From Candidatus Omnitrophota bacterium (lineage in GTDB: Bacteria > Omnitrophota > Gorgyraeia > Gygaellales > UBA12090), in NCBI GenBank assembly GCA_030674475.1, contig JAUSCZ010000042.1:11139-75138 (forward strand): a stretch of DNA of 64,000 nucleotides, written 5' to 3'. The notes under the pieces were generated by a model. The model was not told the origin of the DNA and did no database searches. It saw only the letters and a program-made list of their open reading frames with translations. The position numbers and the translations under genes are program-made. Below are positions 62,945-64,000 of this stretch, in pieces; the stretch's first letter is position 1; each line of letters starts with the position of its first letter.

Positions 62945-63454
62945 ATGACAGAGCTGATAAAAATATTTCGGGAGAGGAAAAAGATAATTTTTGTTCTGCC
63001 TGGAATCCTCTTTTTATTTATTTTCTCTTTTTATTTTTCTTTAGCCGCAAAGATAAGCAGAAAGGCGAAAGAGCTGGATGGGTTAAAAATTCAGCTTAAA
63101 TCGGTCAATGAGAATCTGCGGATAATTAAGGAGCTGAAAGTAAATAAAAGGCTGATTAAGGAAGAGGATGCTTCTTTAGTTGTTGATACTATAACCAAAC
63201 AGTGCCAGTCTCACTCTTTGGAGTTAAAATCCATAACCCGCAAAGAAAAGAATATAAAAGACGGCTATTCGCTTTTGCCGGTGTATCTGGAGGTGGAGGG
63301 TGAGTTTAAACAGATAGGTTTATTTTTAAGTTTTCTAAGGGAATTTGAGGGCGCGCTTATTACGGTAGATAACTTTCAAATAAGGAGCACTGATATGCCC
63401 TTGCCCAAAATAGCCGGTTTGGTTACCCTTACCATTTATCTTAGCAATGAATAA
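62945..63454 (+). CDS. PilO/GspM-like protein
   Basis: TM, coiled coil, LPVYLEVEGEFKQIGLFL. Confidence 0.75.
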   Translation: MTELIKIFRERKKIIFVLPGILFLFIFSFYFSLAAKISRKAKELDGLKIQLKSVNENLRIIKELKVNKRLIKEEDASLVVDTITKQCQSHSLELKSITRKEKNIKDGYSLLPVYLEVEGEFKQIGLFLSFLREFEGALITVDNFQIRSTDMPLPKIAGLVTLTIYLSNE

Positions 63455-63863
63455 ATCAATGCCGAAATTTGATCAGAAAAAAGCCATATTAGCGGTTTTG
63501 GCGCTGATAGCGGTTTTTGTCTGGTATAACGGCTTGAAGTCTTTTTCTAAGAAGAAAGACAGCGCGCCTTCCGGAGATATTGAAGCCTCTTCTTCGGGAC
63601 AAAAGATAAAGCAAAAAAAACGCGCCGGTTATAAAGATTGGGGCAGGGATCCCTTTGTGATTACCCAGGCGCCCGCTGTTAATTCTTCCGCGTTAGCGCT
63701 GGGCGGGATTGTCTACGATGAGAAAGACAGCTACGCCCTCATTAATAACCAGCTTCTGCATATCGGAGACGAGGTGAACGGAAACAGAGTGGTTGACATA
63801 CAACAGGATAGGGTTATTTTAAATGACGGAAATAAAGACATCGAGCTGAGGCTTGAGCAATGA
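63447..63863 (+). CDS. PilP/GspB-like protein
   Basis: WGRDPF, LGGIVYD, ALINN..GDEV. Confidence 0.7.
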   Translation: MNKSMPKFDQKKAILAVLALIAVFVWYNGLKSFSKKKDSAPSGDIEASSSGQKIKQKKRAGYKDWGRDPFVITQAPAVNSSALALGGIVYDEKDSYALINNQLLHIGDEVNGNRVVDIQQDRVILNDGNKDIELRLEQ

Positions 63864-64000
63864 TGATTTCATTCAGGAAAAATAATCTTTTTCAGCTTTC
63901 TGCTTTCAGCTTTCTGCTTTCAGCTATGTTAATTGGCTGTGCCACCACCGGCCGTATTCAAAAAACAGGGCTTCCGGTAGAAAGCTTTTCCGTCAATAAT
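63860..64000 (+). CDS. Lipoprotein N-terminus, probably the secretin (PilQ/GspD); runs off window
   Basis: ATGA overlap with previous gene; lipobox LIGC; identity inferred from operon position only. Confidence 0.55.
   Translation, partial: MMISFRKNNLFQLSAFSFLLSAMLIGCATTGRIQKTGLPVESFSVNN

Overview
64 kb of a bacterial chromosome, most likely PVC superphylum and probably Ca. Omnitrophota. This is an inference from 16S signatures (GGATTAGGCATGCAAGTC, GGAGGCTGCAGTCGAG) and gene content; no database search was run. Contents in order: (1) a c-di-GMP-flavoured type IV filament motor operon with a dead GGDEF protein, a stand-alone MshEN protein, two tandem PilB ATPases, an HD-GYP protein and PilC; (2) a UvrD helicase, a Gld-like ABC/DUF4340 module and ispH; (3) a beta-oxidation operon ending in a cNMP-CpaE-like-patatin lipase, interrupted by a 2.7 kb hotspot of toxin-antitoxin pairs and transposase debris; (4) cspA and a complete rRNA operon (16S, tRNA-Ile, tRNA-Ala, 23S, 5S); (5) housekeeping genes recG, tsaB, alr, lptFG, comF, pyrE and maf, plus tRNA-Leu, smpB and a long tmRNA; (6) a PAS kinase and two receivers heading a second type IV pilus/T2SS-like operon that runs off the window. 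No CRISPR, prophage or intact transposase was seen. The main unexplained layer is a dense set of small repeats (inverted 7-mer tracts and several REP-like palindromes). They nest in each other, invade reading frames and appear to supply a start codon, -35 boxes and signal-peptide sequence.
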